64,000 nucleotides of DNA from Octopus vulgaris (lineage: Eukaryota). Positions 13,836 to 25,949 of this stretch are shown here, one piece after another. A program made the translations under genes and the position numbers. Where the stretch lies: positions 40,424,001-40,488,000 of the forward strand of contig OX597819.1 in assembly GCA_951406725.2 (NCBI GenBank). The letters are read 5' to 3'. The first letter of the stretch is position 1. Every line of letters starts with the position of its first letter. The notes under the pieces are model-generated. The model worked only from the letters and a program-made list of their open reading frames with translations. It had not been told where the DNA came from and searched no databases.

Positions 13836-14029
13836 AAGTGAGTAGCCGTAAAATAGTGAGAGGATTTAATATAGTTAAGAAAAGGGTGACCGTAGGCGAT
13901 AGAAAAATAGAGAGAATTAGATTTGAGATTATAAGAAGAGAGTGTGCAACAAGTAGATAAATCCATACAATAAAAGAGTAAGAGGAGATGAAGAGGCAAC
14001 AGAGTGAGATAGCATGAATAGCTAAGAAG

Positions 14030-14357
14030 AGTGTGAGTGAAAGAAGAGAGAGAGAGGAAAGGAAAAAGAGAGAGGGGGGAGAAAAGAGCAAAAATGATAA
14101 TGGGAAAGATTAAGAAATACAAAGGAGAGGAAGGAAGGAAAAGGAAGAAAGAATGAATAAAGGAGACTAATAGAGAGAAGGAATGAGATAGAGAGTGAGT
14201 GGAAGAAGAGAGAGAGAGAGGAGAGGAAAAAGAGAGAGAGGGGGAGAAAAGAGCAAAAAGGATAATGGGAAAGATTAAGAAATACAAAGGAGAGGAAGGA
14301 AGGAACAGGAAGAAAGAATGAATAAAGGAGACTAATAGAGAGAAGGAATGAGATAGC
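14030..14357. repeat. Purine-rich tandem duplication (about 165-bp unit, 2 copies)
   Basis: gataatgggaaagattaagaaatacaaaggagaggaaggaagg...ggagactaatagagagaaggaatgagatag occurs twice. Confidence 0.85.
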
Positions 14358-14669
14358 TAACTGGTACTCTGTTAGTTACAACAACGAGGGTTCCAGTTGG
14401 TCTGATCAACAGAATAGCCTGCTCATGAAATAAATGCACAAGTGGCTGAGTACTCCACAGATACATGTACCCTTAATCTGGTTCTCAAGGAGATTCAGTG
14501 CGATGCAAAATGTGACATGGCTGGCCCATTGAATTACAGGTAAACTCATTTTTGCCAGCTGAATGGACTGGAGCATCATCGAATAAAGTGTCTTCGTCAA
14601 GGACTGAACATTACACCTGATATCAAAATCATAATTTCACAATTGCGAGCCAAACACCCTAACCCTACG

Positions 14670-15140
14670 AGGGTAGTCGATCAGCGAAGGCTGAAGGTGT
14701 TCGACAATGACTGTCTCCGCCGCATTCTTCGCTGCCGATGCATTGATCAGGTTCCTACAGCCGGTCGTTGTCATCGCCTGAATCTCTGGCCCCTCCCTTC
14801 AGTGCTTTTACAACGGCGCTTAAGGTGGTTTGGTCATGTGGCCCGGCATCCAGAGGGTGAGCTGATTCGCAATGTCCTCCTCCCACCTCCACTTCCTAAC
14901 TGGCACAAACGCACGGGCGGGCAGCTGAAGACCTGGGCAACGATGATAAAGGAAGACCTCTCCGAACCCTCAGGTCCACAGGTGGTCGGTCTGCACAGAT
15001 GGAACCGCGAATGGCTCGCTATCTCCAGTGACCTCGCACAGGACCATCGAGCGTTGGCTGCCATGGTTCGTGATGCCGTCAGGACCAGAGAAGAAGCCGG
15101 CTCAACCCGCCCTGGGTGAACGCTGTCACAAGTACAAGTA
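14670..15140 (+). mobile_element. 3' fragment of a second RTE-like LINE family; a related copy lies on the minus strand at about 60000-60700
   Basis: RLKVFDNDCLRRILR, QRRLRWFGHVAR and GGQLKTWATMIKEDL; tail cacaagtacaagtaa. The minus-strand copy shows FVYLGSTVIPNG and the same tail. Confidence 0.9.
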
Positions 15141-15669
15141 AACACCCTAATCACTAAGCCATGCACTTTCACTATGAGAAAGCAAGGAGTGAAGGAATGA
15201 GGTAGATGGAGAGAATGATACAATGAAGTAGATAGAGAGGAGGAAGAATGAAGTGGATAGCAAGAAGAGGAAGAATGCTACAGAGGCACTGTGGGCAACA
15301 TGCAGCTGCAGGACTTTCTGAATGGCACGTTTAATGAAAAATCACTGTTGATTTTTTTTTAATAGTGTGGTCCACTTGTGTGAGCCATGTCTCATGAGGC
15401 CCATAACAAAAAAAAGAAACTGCCTATGCTTGATACAGAACATAACAAAGGAGCATAAAAGAGTAAAAGGGATCGTGTTTCAAGAGAGAAAGATTTGGGA
15501 GAAATTAGAGAAAATAATCTTTGAAAGAATTATATATATATATGCAAGATTTCTTTTAATATGCACAATATGCTGTAGTCAATGGTTCTATATTGAACTA
15601 TTTTCTCCAATAAATACTCTACCTAATTTCACATGGCCGAGAACAACTGTGTAAATAAGTGTCAATCTC

Positions 15670-16670
15670 TAACTGTGGGGAGAACCCGTGGAAGAAGCAG
15701 ACCCAGGAAGACATAGGATGAGGTGGTGAAGCATGATCTTCAAATGTTGAGTCTCACACAGGCAATGACCAGTGACTGAGACCCTTGGTGATATGCCGTG
15801 CTTGAGAAGACCATCAAGCTAAGTGAAATTGTAATCATGACCAATGCCAATGTCACATAACTGGTACCTGTGCCAGTAGCACATAAAATGCACCTGTCAA
15901 ACTTTGGACCTCACAGAGGCAATGTGGCCAATGCTGGTGTCGTATAACTGGCATGTAAAAAAAACCTTTTAAGTGTTGGGCTTCATGAAGGTAACTGGCA
16001 CTTGTGCTGGTGGCATGTAAAAGGCACCTCTTCAAGCATTGGACCTCACGGAAGTACTGTGGCTGATGCTAGTGTCACGTAACTGGCACATGACATGAAA
16101 AGCACCTTTCGAGTGCTGGGCTTCATGGAGGCAATGACCAAGACCTTTCTTCTTCTTCTTACAGCATTCACCTGGGGTGGGTTGAGCCGGCTTCATTCAT
16201 CCTCAATGCTGCATCTCTCACAAATGCCGACCAGGCCTAGCGATTTGAGGCTAACGACTGCGTGATCTCCAACCACTCCTTATTCCAGTGGCGAACGCCG
16301 TAGATATGGGGGCCTAGGTTGGGTTCCAGATCAGCCTTGACTGTCATCAGCCAGGTTTTTTGTTGTCTACCACGACGCTTTCGCCAAGACCTTTGGCAAT
16401 ATTCTGTGCTTGAGGAGACCCATCAAGCCAAGTGAAATTATAGTCATGGCAGATACTGGTGTCACACAACTGGCACCCGTGCCAGTGACACACAAAAAGC
16501 ACCCATTACAATCTTGGAGTGGTTGGCACTAGGAACAGCATCCAGCCGTAGAAACCAAGCCAAATCAGACTAGAGTCTGGTGCAGCCCCTCAGCTTGCTG
16601 GCCCAGGTCAAACCATCCAACTCATGCCTGCATGGACAAAAACGTAAATTGATGATAATGATGATGATGT
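15670..16670 (+). mobile_element. RTE LINE 3' end and 3' UTR, with an opposite-strand LINE 3' fragment inserted at about 16150-16390
   Basis: GRSRPRKT-like coding remnant, then the family 3' UTR and (GAT)n tail. The inserted piece reads RRGRQQKTWLMTVKADL on the minus strand. Confidence 0.75.
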
Positions 16671-17059
16671 TGTACATGTATACATATTCAAAACTACCAA
16701 AATATATATATATTTACACATTGGAACATGATCTAACAAACAGGTTACATATATTTTCTAATGGTTTTCCGGGCACAGTTTGTTTTGTTTATGCAAAAGA
16801 GTTGCATTTATAACATATTTGACACATTCTGTGCAAAAGCTACAAATGAACATAATAAGCATTATTATTCACATTTACTACAAAAGTTACTGAAGAACAA
16901 TATTTCTTTTATAGACATCATAAAGCACCAATACACCTTGCCTTTCTGAATTTGCAATTTGTAATTTCAAATTATTTCTCTTAATTGTTCTACTTAAAGC
17001 AAGAAATGTAAGCAGCACAATAAATCAGTTAAAGATGAATACATGATATCTCTCAGTAA

Positions 17060-17423
17060 TCTCTCTATATATAAATAGCAAAATGTCTGCATGTGTGTCC
17101 TTTAAAGAAATCCACAATTTTTCATTTAGAGGGCTCGCACTTTCTATGGTCATTCAAAACCATCCAAGAGTGGTTGTGCACATCTTTACATTTCCCCAGT
17201 CACCCCGCAAAGCCATTAAAAAATCAATAGAAGTGACTTTTTTGTGAATTTTCTATCCAAAACCCAATCAAAATGCCCGAAACTTGATATGCTAATTGAA
17301 TGCCTGCTGGCTGTATGTGATTGGTCGGAGATTTGGACAGTACTTGCATGTATGTGCACACGCACGCAGCTGCATATGCATGCACTAGCACTATGACCCA
17401 GCGTTGCTGAGTCATAGTGCTAG
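17060..17423 (+). mobile_element. Non-autonomous Helitron (364 bp)
   Basis: A|TCtctctatatataaatagc start, hairpin gcactatgacccagc-gtt-gctgagtcatagtgc, CTAG|T end. Confidence 0.8.
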
Positions 17424-18960
17424 TTTGAATATAAAAGGTAACAGTGGAATATTTGAAGTAGAATAATAGTGGAATAAATAAGGCTGCGAGCTGGCAGAAA
17501 TGTTAGCATGCTGGACGAAATGCTTAGCGGTATTTCGTCTGTCGCTACTTCAACTTTGAGGGGTAGGGTAAAATTGAAATAAAAAGTTTTTTTTGCAAAA
17601 TCATAAATTCTGATAGCGCAAACATAGAAATCTTTAAAATCTTCTATGTATTTTGCCCCATAAGAATTCTGGGTGGGGTGGTCTGAAATTTTGAAATGCT
17701 GATTTTTGCCAAGATGGTGTCAAGTTGGACAAAAAGAAGTATCCCAATAGAAAGTTTGAGCATTTACTTGTTCAAATAGCTAAGCAATATAGGTTTTGAA
17801 TTCATACAAATACGCGACTCATATTTTTTTTGTAAATCTACAGTGTGAAGAATACATGTAGAAAATTTTATTAAAAAATATCTGTTTTTCTGAAAGTTAT
17901 GAGGAAACAAAGTGGGGGGGGGCACAATTGTGTAGGAATGCCTACAAAGTATGTAGAGTTTGTCAGAGATTTGGCAGTTATTTCTAGCATGTGGAGAGAC
18001 TACTAAGCCTATTTAATGCACGGATTGGAAGACTCCTACGCATGCACAATGATCAAAAGGGTTTAAAAACATCCTATATATGCTGTGCATTCGTAAGAGG
18101 TGTATAAAAAAAATTTCTTTTTCTGGATCATAAACTCCATATTTTTCCACATATTTCGCCCCCCAAAAAAATTTCTGAAAAAAGTGAAAAATAAAGAAAT
18201 TAGGAGGAAATTAAATTTCGAAATGCAAATTTCTTTAGATTCAGAATCTCTGTATCCAAAAATGTGGGTTTCTGTAAAAAAAAAAAAAAAAAAAAAAGAA
18301 GGGGGGAGGTGACAGTACAGACAAATACAAAAATGGAATAAATATATATTGATGACTTATATATATATAAGAGATAATGGTGTCATTGAGACCCAAAGGT
18401 GTCAGGTAATGCTGAATAAGTGCTATAGACAGACTATAGTTCCTCTCACACCATCTCCAATGAAGGGATATTAATTAATATCCTAGAAACAGCTGTAAGA
18501 CCTATCTATAAATGCTCTAATATCTATACAGCCTTAGTTTTTTATCTTATTATTACACAAAAAATTCTTTTATAAATATATATCTCTTATTATAAAAGGC
18601 AGATTTTATCTGCCTCCCTTTGGGAGTTATACAAATCTACAATATAGGATTTCTTCAATTACAATTTACCTAGCAATTTTAAGAGTACAATGCATCGCGT
18701 CATGCCAGGTCCAGTTTTTAAAATTTAAACTCCAATTAAGCAAAATTTACAGAAAACTCACATTCTGGTGTGTGTGTCAAATGCTTTTCTTAGTCTGGTT
18801 TACACCACACGCAAACGCACACACACAGTGGGCAGCGAATAAAATGAAAGTAATTTACTTACTGTAGTGAGTGATTCTTTCACTCTGCCTCCCACTTCCT
18901 CTTTCAACACAGACACGCAAATATATAAATAAAATTGTAAACTAACGTGCGTGTGTGTGA

Positions 18961-18997
<37 letters not shown>

Positions 18998-19086
18998 TGA
19001 GGGTGCACGCGCGTGTGTGTGTGTGTGTGTGCGTGTGCGTGAGTGTGTGACAGGAAAGTTTTTTACGACGAATATAAGTAGCAGAA

Positions 19087-19556
19087 AGATAAGACAGTAA
19101 GGTGTGATTTGAGGGAGATTTGGCTGCTATTTCTACCATGTCTAGCTGCCATGTAGGGGTCTCCCTCATAGGCTCATACATACATATATACATAGATAAG
19201 ACAGTAAGGTGTGATTTGGGGGAAATTTGGCTGCTATTTCTACCAGGTCTAGCTGCCATGTAGGGGTCTCCCTCATAGGCTCATACATACATATATACAT
19301 AGATAAGACAGTAAGGTGTGATTTGGGGGAAATTTGGCTGCTATTTCTACCAGGTCTAGCTGCCATGTAGGGGTCTCCCTCATAGGCTCATACATACATA
19401 TATACATAGATAAGACAGTAAGGTGTGATTTGGGGGAAATTTGGCTGCTATTTCTACCAGGTCTAGCTACCATGTAGAGGTCCCCCTCATTATATACATA
19501 CATAAGACAGTAAGGTGTGATTTGAGGGAGATTTGGCTGCTGTTTCTACCAGGTCT
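19087..19556. repeat. Minisatellite, 107-bp unit, about 4.5 copies
   Basis: Units start at 19087, 19194, 19301, 19408 and about 19501, and are nearly identical. Confidence 0.95.
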
Positions 19557-19897
19557 GTTAGGCCTTCTCATGTAAACTCAAGCTTTCTTATGCCTTGAAC
19601 ATAAGACCAAAGCAGAGAATGTATTCTTTTATTCTTCTGCTTTTTCCAGCCATTGGTCTGTGGCCATGCTGGGGCAATGCCTTGAAGAATTGTAGTTTAA
19701 TGAATCAACTCCAGTTTTATTTTTGTAAGCATTGTACTTATTCTATCTGTTTCCTTTGTCAAACCACTAGGTGACAGGGATGTAAACAAACCAACATTCG
19801 TTGTCAAGCAGTGGTGGAGGACAATCACAAGCACAGACACGCACACACACACACATACATGCATACATACATATATATATATGTGTGTATATATATA

Positions 19898-20229
19898 TTG
19901 CAGCGTGGAAGGTGTTTGTAAGCCATTTAAGAAACACACAAAAACCGTTACATTCACTTCAACATTTAAATTTCATTTGCCAAAATATTTTCGTCGCTTT
20001 GAGACCGCGACCTGTTCACTGACAAAAATATCGTGCTAACAGGTCGCGATCTCAAAGCGACGAAAATATTTTGATAAATTAAATTTAAATGTTGAAGTGA
20101 ATCTAACGGTTTTTGTGTGTTTCTTAAATGGCTTATAAACACCTTCAACGCTGCAACTGTTTTCGTTCCAGAACACGATCTCAGATCAAGTCACTTGCTA
20201 TGCAAGTACATCTCTGTAACTATTTATAC

Positions 20230-20230
<1 letters not shown>
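19898..20230. mobile_element. Penelope-like terminal repeat remnant in inverted arrangement, between (TA)n tracts
   Basis: About 119-bp inverted arms 19898-20016 and 20038-20156, containing a hammerhead-like motif (see findings). The Penelope assignment is an inference. Confidence 0.55.
19976..20026 (-). ncRNA. Candidate minimal type-I hammerhead ribozyme variant (G3:C8 core)
   Basis: Minus strand reads tttgtca-GTGAACA-g-GTCGC ggtctcaaa GCGAC-GAAA-atattt-tggcaaa. It has a 7-bp stem I, a 5-bp stem II, GAAA and a palindromic stem III (AATATT). Confidence 0.45.
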
Positions 20231-20269
<39 letters not shown>

Positions 20270-20332
20270 TGTTAAAAACAGTAAGATAACAAAAGAAAGA
20301 AAGAGACCTCAATATTATGTAAATAGAGGAAA

Positions 20333-20727
20333 TCTTTATATATAAAAGTGAGGTTGTGTGTCTGTCTCCTACGATTTAGATTCCTAACTACTCCCACATT
20401 TTGCGGTGCAGTTTAACCAAAACCGGGTATCTTATAGTCGTGATTCATATCGAGACCGTCTGGGTATTAGCGCGCGTCTACGATGAGTCTACGATTTAAA
20501 AAAAAAATTACCATCAATTTTTCCCATTTTTAATCCATTTTTGACATATATAAGGGAAGTAACTCTCTAAAATTTATTATTAAATCTCAGAACGTAAAAA
20601 GCTACAGTAACACCCCTCCCCCTTTGTGGTTAGCCATATTGAGATGGCTATTATACTTTACATCTCTAAAAATGCTTATATAATTATTTCCCTTACAAAC
20701 CCGAGCAACGCCGGGCGATACTGCTAG
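20333..20727 (+). mobile_element. Non-autonomous Helitron (395 bp)
   Basis: 5' TC after A, subterminal hairpin cccgagcaacgccggg, 3' CTAG before T. The 3' end resembles that of the large Helitron at 39703. Confidence 0.85.
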
Positions 20728-21681
20728 TATATATATATATATATATATATTGATTATATTTACCCATGAAAAAAAGGAGAAAAATTAATTTGATCATCAT
20801 TTATGAAAATAGTTCACTAAGACAAATAGTTCAATAAGACAAAGAAAATAGCAGAACGAACCTTCAAATACAAAAATAAAATAAAATAAAAAACAAAACC
20901 GAAAAAAATTACATGAGCCTGTGTTGAATAATATAAATTTCAAATCTAATGATTTACAAAGCAAATCATGAAGTGGAATAAATTCAACAACTTAAAATAA
21001 TTAAGTGTTACTCACACACAAAAAAAAGTATATATGCAAATGCACATAGTATATTATACATATTGATATATATATATACATATTTCGCTTTTGTTATTTG
21101 GCTTGCAAGATCCTTGATGTGAAACTTGTATGTTGAAACAGATTTTGTTGTAGATTAGTGGGGGGGGTTCTTTATACCAATAATAAATACATGCACTGGT
21201 TCAATTTCACTTCATTATTCACTAGTTAAGCAACTAACTAATCAATTGATTAATCACTTGGCTAATCCATTCGTCAGTTATGTTTGTCAAGTTTTTTGTT
21301 GCTGTTTGTGACTTCATCAATGACATGTCCTCTCTGTCTGTCTGTATCTCACTTTTAAGAATCACTATTTACGTAGTTATGTAAATAAGAGTAGGAATAG
21401 TATGAGAGAGAAAGAGAGCATGTGTGTGTGTGTGGGTGAATGTGCATTTATGGCTGTGTGCACTATGGAGGGTATGCGTTTATGCATTGTGCAGCTGTGT
21501 TACTTGTTGATAAGAGAATACAGATCGAATTATAATTTAATGACATTTTTATCTGATTCTACCTCAGAACAAAATGCAATGTCTGAAATCCTGTGCATGT
21601 TTCTTTATTTCACAGAGTTTGCACTAAGGAGATGTTATTTATTATCCTAACTAAATTAGCTGTGAGTATATTTATCTTGTA

Positions 21682-21985
21682 GAGGCACATGGCCTAGTGG
21701 TTAGAGCAGCGGACTCGTGGTCGAGGGATCGCGGGTTCGAATCTCAGACCGGGCAATGTGTGTGTTTATGAGCGAAACATCTAATTACACACAGCTCCGG
21801 CAGAAGTTAATGGTGAACTTCTGCTGACTCTTTCGCCACGACTTTCTCTCACTCTTTCCTCCTGCATTTTGCAGCTCACCTGCGACGGACCGGCGTCCTG
21901 TCCAGGTGGGGAACCTATATGCCAAGGAAACCGGGAAACCGGTCCTATGAGCCAGGCATGGCTTGAGAAGGAACAAACAACAATA
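21682..21985 (+). mobile_element. CpG-retaining tRNA-headed SINE
   Basis: Strong A box TGGCCTAGTGG and B box GGTTCGAATC, followed by a non-tRNA body and an (AAC)n tail. Confidence 0.7.
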
Positions 21986-23421
21986 TTTATCTTAACTAGC
22001 AGAAAACTGCCCCTGGCGGAAAGTATATCTGCAAGAAATAACGATTTCAAATTTTGGCATGAGGCCAGCAAGTTGGGGGGGGGGTATGTCGATTACATCG
22101 ACCCCAGTGCTTGACTCATACTCTTTTTATTGATCCTAAAGGAATGAAAAACAAAGTCGGCTTCAGCATAATTTGAACTCAGAACCTAGAGACAGATGAA
22201 ATGCTAAGCCTTTTGCCTGGTGTGCTAAATTTCTGCCAGTAATAATAATAATAATGAGGAGAAGGAGGGGGAGGAGGAGGATAATGATGATGATGAGCCT
22301 TTGTACAATAGGCACAAGACCTGAAATTTTTATGTTTTGGTTGTGGGAGGCAGGAGTCAATTTCATCAACATCAGTGCTCAGCTGGTACTTATTTTATCA
22401 AATCTGAAAGGATGAAAGGCAAAGTCAACCTCGCTGGAATCTGAATGTAAAACCAGAAGAAATGTCACAAAGCATTTTGCTCAAAATGCTAATGATTCTG
22501 CCTGAAATTTCTGAGAGAAGGGCTAGTCGATTACATCAATTCACCCCCAACCAACAGTGTAGCACCTTGGGCAAATGACCTTCTATAATAGCATAAGACT
22601 GCTAAAAGCCTTGTGAGCGGATTTGGCAAACAGAAACTGAAAGAAGCCTTTCATGTGTGTGTGTGTGTGTGTGTGTGTTTGTCCTCCACCAAGAAACATA
22701 TATAAACCAAGAAGCATAGAATGAAGAATCGTACTTAATAGGCAGTAATAAAATGCTTGCAGTGGATTTGAACTCACATACCACGTGAGTCCCATAATAG
22801 CCGCATAGAATATCTACTTGACCATTTCACATCTTCTACTGAGGCAGTAATTGCAAAACAAGAAAATTAATAGACAAAGATTATTATAAAAGTGATCACT
22901 TCAGTCGATATTTCATTACCACACTTTCAAGTATCATGAATAAAGACAAATGCTTAATTGGTCTTTGTAATGAGTGATGTTTGTCAAAAGAAAGATTAAC
23001 CTTACTGAAATAGAACTTGTGAGGTTCATGTCTTATCTAAGATTTTACAACATAAGTAAATTAAAAAAACAGCAACAACTGGGAATTGAAACAATATAGC
23101 AGAACTGGCTGATCACCAATATTTGAAAGATATTTTCTGGAAAACTGGCCAATTCTAAATGCCAAATGTTTAGGAAGATTTGCAGAGGTATACAGACATT
23201 ATGAAGTAAACACTATCATCATCATCACTATCCTTTTAACATCCACTTTTCCCTGCTTGCACGGGTCAAACAGAATTTGTTCCGGTGGATTTTCTACAAC
23301 TGGATGCCCTTCCTGTTGTCGACCTTCACCTGTTTCCAATAAAGTAATATTTCCCCCATGGCCAGACATGTTTCACAGAAGTCTGGAAATGAAGGACACT
23401 ACTATCACAAAATTCCAAGAT

Positions 23422-23453
<32 letters not shown>

Positions 23454-24182
23454 ATAAGTTTCTTTTAGTTTTTATTTACCAAATCCCCTCACAAGGCTTT
23501 GGTTGATCTAAGGCCATAGTAAAAGACACTTAACCAAGGTACCACACAAATTGGCTGAACCTGGAACCATGTGTTTAGGAAGTAAGCTTCTTATCCACGC
23601 AACCACACATGTGTCTGATGATGTATCTTAATCACTATTATGATAAGAAATTTGTTTGATTTTAAATAGGTTCTTCTTAACCTTATTGTGAACTGAATAT
23701 AATTTCTTAGTCTGTTAACCTTATCTTTACAGATGAAACATTCTTCAACAATTAGCTGTACACTAAGTTATGATCAAACATCATCAAGTATTTTATATTT
23801 GGGTTGCTTGTGCTGGTGGCAGGTGAAAAACATTCAAGTGAGGTCATTGCCAGTGCCGCTGGACTGGCTCCTGTGCAGGTGGCACGTAAAAAACACCATT
23901 TGAGCGTGGCCGTTGCCAGTACCACCTGACTGGCCCTCGTGCTGGTGGCACATCAAAGTACCCACTACACTCTCGGAGTGGATGGCATCAGGAAAGGCAT
24001 CCAGCTGTAGCAACTTTACAAGATCAGATTGGAGCCTGGTGCAGCCATCTGGTTTGCCAGTCCTCAGTCAAATCGTCCAAGCCATGCTAGCATGGAAAGC
24101 GGATGTTAAACGATGATGATGATAATGATGTTGTACTAGATTTGTTTTGAACTTTCATTTCTAAAGTAAGATTAATAATCGT

Positions 24183-24595
24183 CATCATTGTTTGACCGTG
24201 GTCGAGACAATGGAATTTACCATGCTACGCCAGACTTCACAGTCCATCATGGCATTACGGAGGTCCTGTTGCTGGATGCCTGTATCCCTGGAGATTACAT
24301 CAGGGTAGGAGAGTGTGTGCCCTCTGGTATTGCGAGTAGATGGCTTCCAGAGGAGAAGAGTAGAAATTGCCTCGTTTTCAGCTCTACAACAATGTCCAGC
24401 AAACTGGACTCTTCTACCTTTCACAAGAGATGACACAGGTGGTAGTTTCCCATATATTTGTACTTTGGTTGGATGATGCTTCCACGAGAAATTTTGAGCT
24501 CTCATAAGGAGGCGAGTGTAGGTTCCATCCAACCACCTCTCAAGCTTCTTTGATAGCGTCCAGGTTTCTGAGCCATATAGTAGAATTGGTTCAAC
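24183..24595 (-). mobile_element. 3' fragment of another non-LTR (RTE-like) family; second copy at about 57057-57295(-)
   Basis: LLYGSETWTLSKKLERWLDGTYTRLLMRAQN...RRVQFAGHC on the minus strand, closely matching the 57057-57296 ORF. Confidence 0.85.
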
Positions 24596-25061
24596 TAATA
24601 CTTCAATCCACTACATCACTGATGCATATATAAGTAATACTACATATTTTTATGTTATTTAAATTTGATATATATTATGCATACATTCAGGAAGAAGACC
24701 CCCAACGAAGATAAGAAATCAAAGGAATGTAGTGTTGATGTAAATATTAAAAACAAAAAAAAACTGTTTCACCTCAAAAGATAAGTTTTATGGCTTAAAC
24801 ATTTGTATTAACAATAGAATTCACTACAGATGTTTATGACATTTATGAATACCAGGGACAGATTTTTAAATGAAGCAAGACTGACCTGACACGTTTCTTT
24901 TCGGATAAATCTCTTTTACTTAGAATATGAGACGATATATTTAAAGTCCGGAATTATGAATAGGCATAGGCATGGTTGTGTGGTAAGAAAGTTTGCTTCC
25001 CAGTAACATGGTTTCAGGTTCAGTCCCACTGCATAGCATCTTAGACAAGTGTTGTCTTCTA

Positions 25062-25949
25062 CGAGGTGTGATCAATAAGTATCTGAACTGTTGCCATAGT
25101 AACTAAGCTAAAGCATGCAATGTAAAGCCACTTGGCACAGATTGACCTTGAACTCTGCTATGCATGCACTCTAAGTTTTAACATTCCAGCTAATTTCCAC
25201 TGTTTACAGCAATGCTTGAAATAAAGGTGTGTAGCATGTGATTGTTGCACTGGTAATGACAGAGAAACTTGTCATAACGATACCTGCTCAGAGGCCTATG
25301 CAAAGTTGCAGAAAGTGTATGAAGAGGAGTGTATGAGCCGCACACAAGTGTACGAATGGTTCAGACGTTTCCAAGATGGCTGCAAAAATGTTGATATTGC
25401 CAAACATTCTAGGAGACCGGCAACCAGCAGAACTGAGAAAAACATCACAGACGTGCGTGCAACTGTGAGGGGAAATCGTCAAATCACCATCTGTGAGTTA
25501 TCAGAGAAGGTGTAGATTAGTTACAGTTCGGTTCAGCCCATTACCACTGAAGATTTGGGTATGAGATGTGTGTCTACCAAGTTTGTGCCCAAACTGCTTT
25601 CAGCTGACCAAAAAGACACTTGGGCTTTCAGTAGTACAAGATCTCTCTGATTGTGTCGAGAATGATGAAAACTTTTTGCATAGGCCTCTGAGCAGGTATC
25701 ACCAAGCTTTTGGCAAAATTTGATGCAGAATCTCTGCTCAACTTCCTCTGTCATGGTCAATACAATGATCACATGCCACACATGTTCCTTCCAAGCACTG
25801 CTGCAAACAGTGAAAGTGAGCTAGAACATTAAAACTTAGTACACATGCACAGCAGAGTTCAAGATCCAATCTGCACCAAGCAGCTTCACTCACCATGCTT
25901 TAGCATCGTTAATATGGCAACAGTCCGGATATTTATTGATTAGACCACA
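25062..25949 (+). mobile_element. Non-autonomous mariner derivative with long fold-back arms, inserted into a SINE
   Basis: TA duplication splits the SINE at cttcTA|ctatagcc. Inverted arms of about 240-270 bp include the transposase start (MTEEVEQRFCIKFCQKLG). The centre encodes the mariner HTH region (VYEEECMSRTQVYEWFRRFQDG). Confidence 0.9.

Noticed and set aside
13655-14287. 210-aa hydrophobic Leu/Ser/Phe ORF
   Set aside because: Antisense reading of GA-rich low-complexity duplicated sequence.
19087-19556. CRISPR-like regular repeats
   Set aside because: Whole units repeat with no unique spacers, the context is eukaryotic and there are no cas genes.
21682-21755. Possible tRNA gene
   Set aside because: A/B boxes are present, but there is no proper acceptor stem or terminator and it runs into a SINE body and (AAC)n tail.
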